Shown in pieces: positions 63,053 to 64,000 of a stretch of DNA of 64,000 nucleotides. How positions within the stretch are numbered: the first letter of the stretch is position 1; each line of letters starts with the position of its first letter. Origin of the DNA: Camelus dromedarius. Its lineage: Eukaryota. A program made the position numbers and the translations under genes. Location: NCBI RefSeq assembly GCF_036321535.1, contig NC_087436.1, positions 44,456,001 through 44,520,000 of the forward strand, read 5' to 3'. The notes under the pieces were generated by a model. It made no database searches. It was not told where the DNA came from and was given only the letters and a program-made list of their open reading frames with translations.

Positions 63053-64000
63053 GTGTCTCAATTTGTAACTTCATCCTTTTGGGAAAAAATAATTAATCAT
63101 AATGTATCTGGAAGCTGAAAATCATGCTTTGTTGTGGATATTTGAAACTTTTGGTAGCAGATGTCGTTGGAAAGGTACCACTTAGCTTAATTAGGGTTTG
63201 CCTTGGACCTGAGGGTCTAGGTTGCCCAGGCCAAATGAAATGCATCAGTTTAAACAGTGTCATCAGAAGACAGAGAAACTGGGATAAACATTGCACACTC
63301 ATTCTTTTCACTCTCTGTGCAGTTCCTTATAATTATGTTAGACACAGAGGAAATAGGGATCATACATAATAATTTTTTAAAAGATTTGAAAATATATGCA
63401 AACTGCATGGGAGAGTAGTTGGGGTTAGTTTCTAAAATTTTTCAATTAAATTACTTCTTTTGAAGATCTTTTAAAAACTGAAAATTTTGTGCTTTGAGCC
63501 TTTTTTTTTAAGGTAAACAAAATATTTAGTAACAATATTATATACCAGTTAATAGTTTATTTTCAGGAGATGGATTTTCCACTTTCCTGAATCATATACC
63601 TTTAGTGGAGGAAAACAATATGCCCCCTTAAAGAAAAATTGGGGGAGGAATATGACACAAAATTGTGACTCTGTACGTAAGGCATTTTTCAAACCATTGA
63701 TCCTAGAAACTGGAAGTCTTGAGCGTTTCGAGGCAGCTGTGAATTCATAGGCTATGGATCTGTGTTGGTAGCACAACCTATCAGTGATACTTTTCAAATT
63801 TCTCCGTACATGAGGATGGCTTGTTCTCTTGGATCCCTTTATCTGTCTTCCTCAATATCTCAGCTTCCTTCTGAGCATCTCCTCTTTTGCAGTTTTTGTG
63901 GAATAATACTCAATATACATTAAAAATTATCTGTACAAATCAGAGACCTGCAGTGATTAAGAACCTCTACTGTCAACTAACCAGCCATTTATCTCTATTA

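Noticed and set aside
63900..63965. Third minus-strand acceptor at 63947 (would read VSDLYR*)
   Set aside because: The polypyrimidine tract is poor and the site is at the window edge.
1..64000. The ORF track as protein-coding genes
   Set aside because: All ORFs are under 150 aa, many start at non-ATG codons or overlap on both strands, many lie in repeats, and none resembles a protein family I recognise.

Overview
This window is AT-rich, CpG-depleted, non-coding DNA from a placental mammal. A camelid origin is tentative. It rests on an L1 3' end (ACTGTAACTGACTATACTTCAATT) that I recall from camelids, on Laurasiatherian-type L1 fragments, and on the absence of Alu, B1, Bov-tA, PRE, CAN or ERE SINEs. 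None of the ORF-track entries looks like a real protein-coding gene, and I see no RNA gene or CRISPR array. Most recognisable sequence is old interspersed repeats: MIR, L2, L3, L1/HAL1, MLT1 solo LTRs, and hAT DNA transposons (Zaphod, MER3, MER5A, MER63, MER103C). Family names come from recalled consensus similarity and most boundaries are approximate. The last ~10 kb is nearly repeat-free and looks like the 3' end of an unidentified minus-strand gene. It holds two candidate short terminal exons (acceptors at 62834 and 57511), each followed by AATAAA. In phase 0 both would end in class I PDZ-ligand-like C-termini. A convergent pair of CTCF-like motifs lies about 2 kb further downstream. I found no evidence of a new biological system; the findings are testable structural observations.
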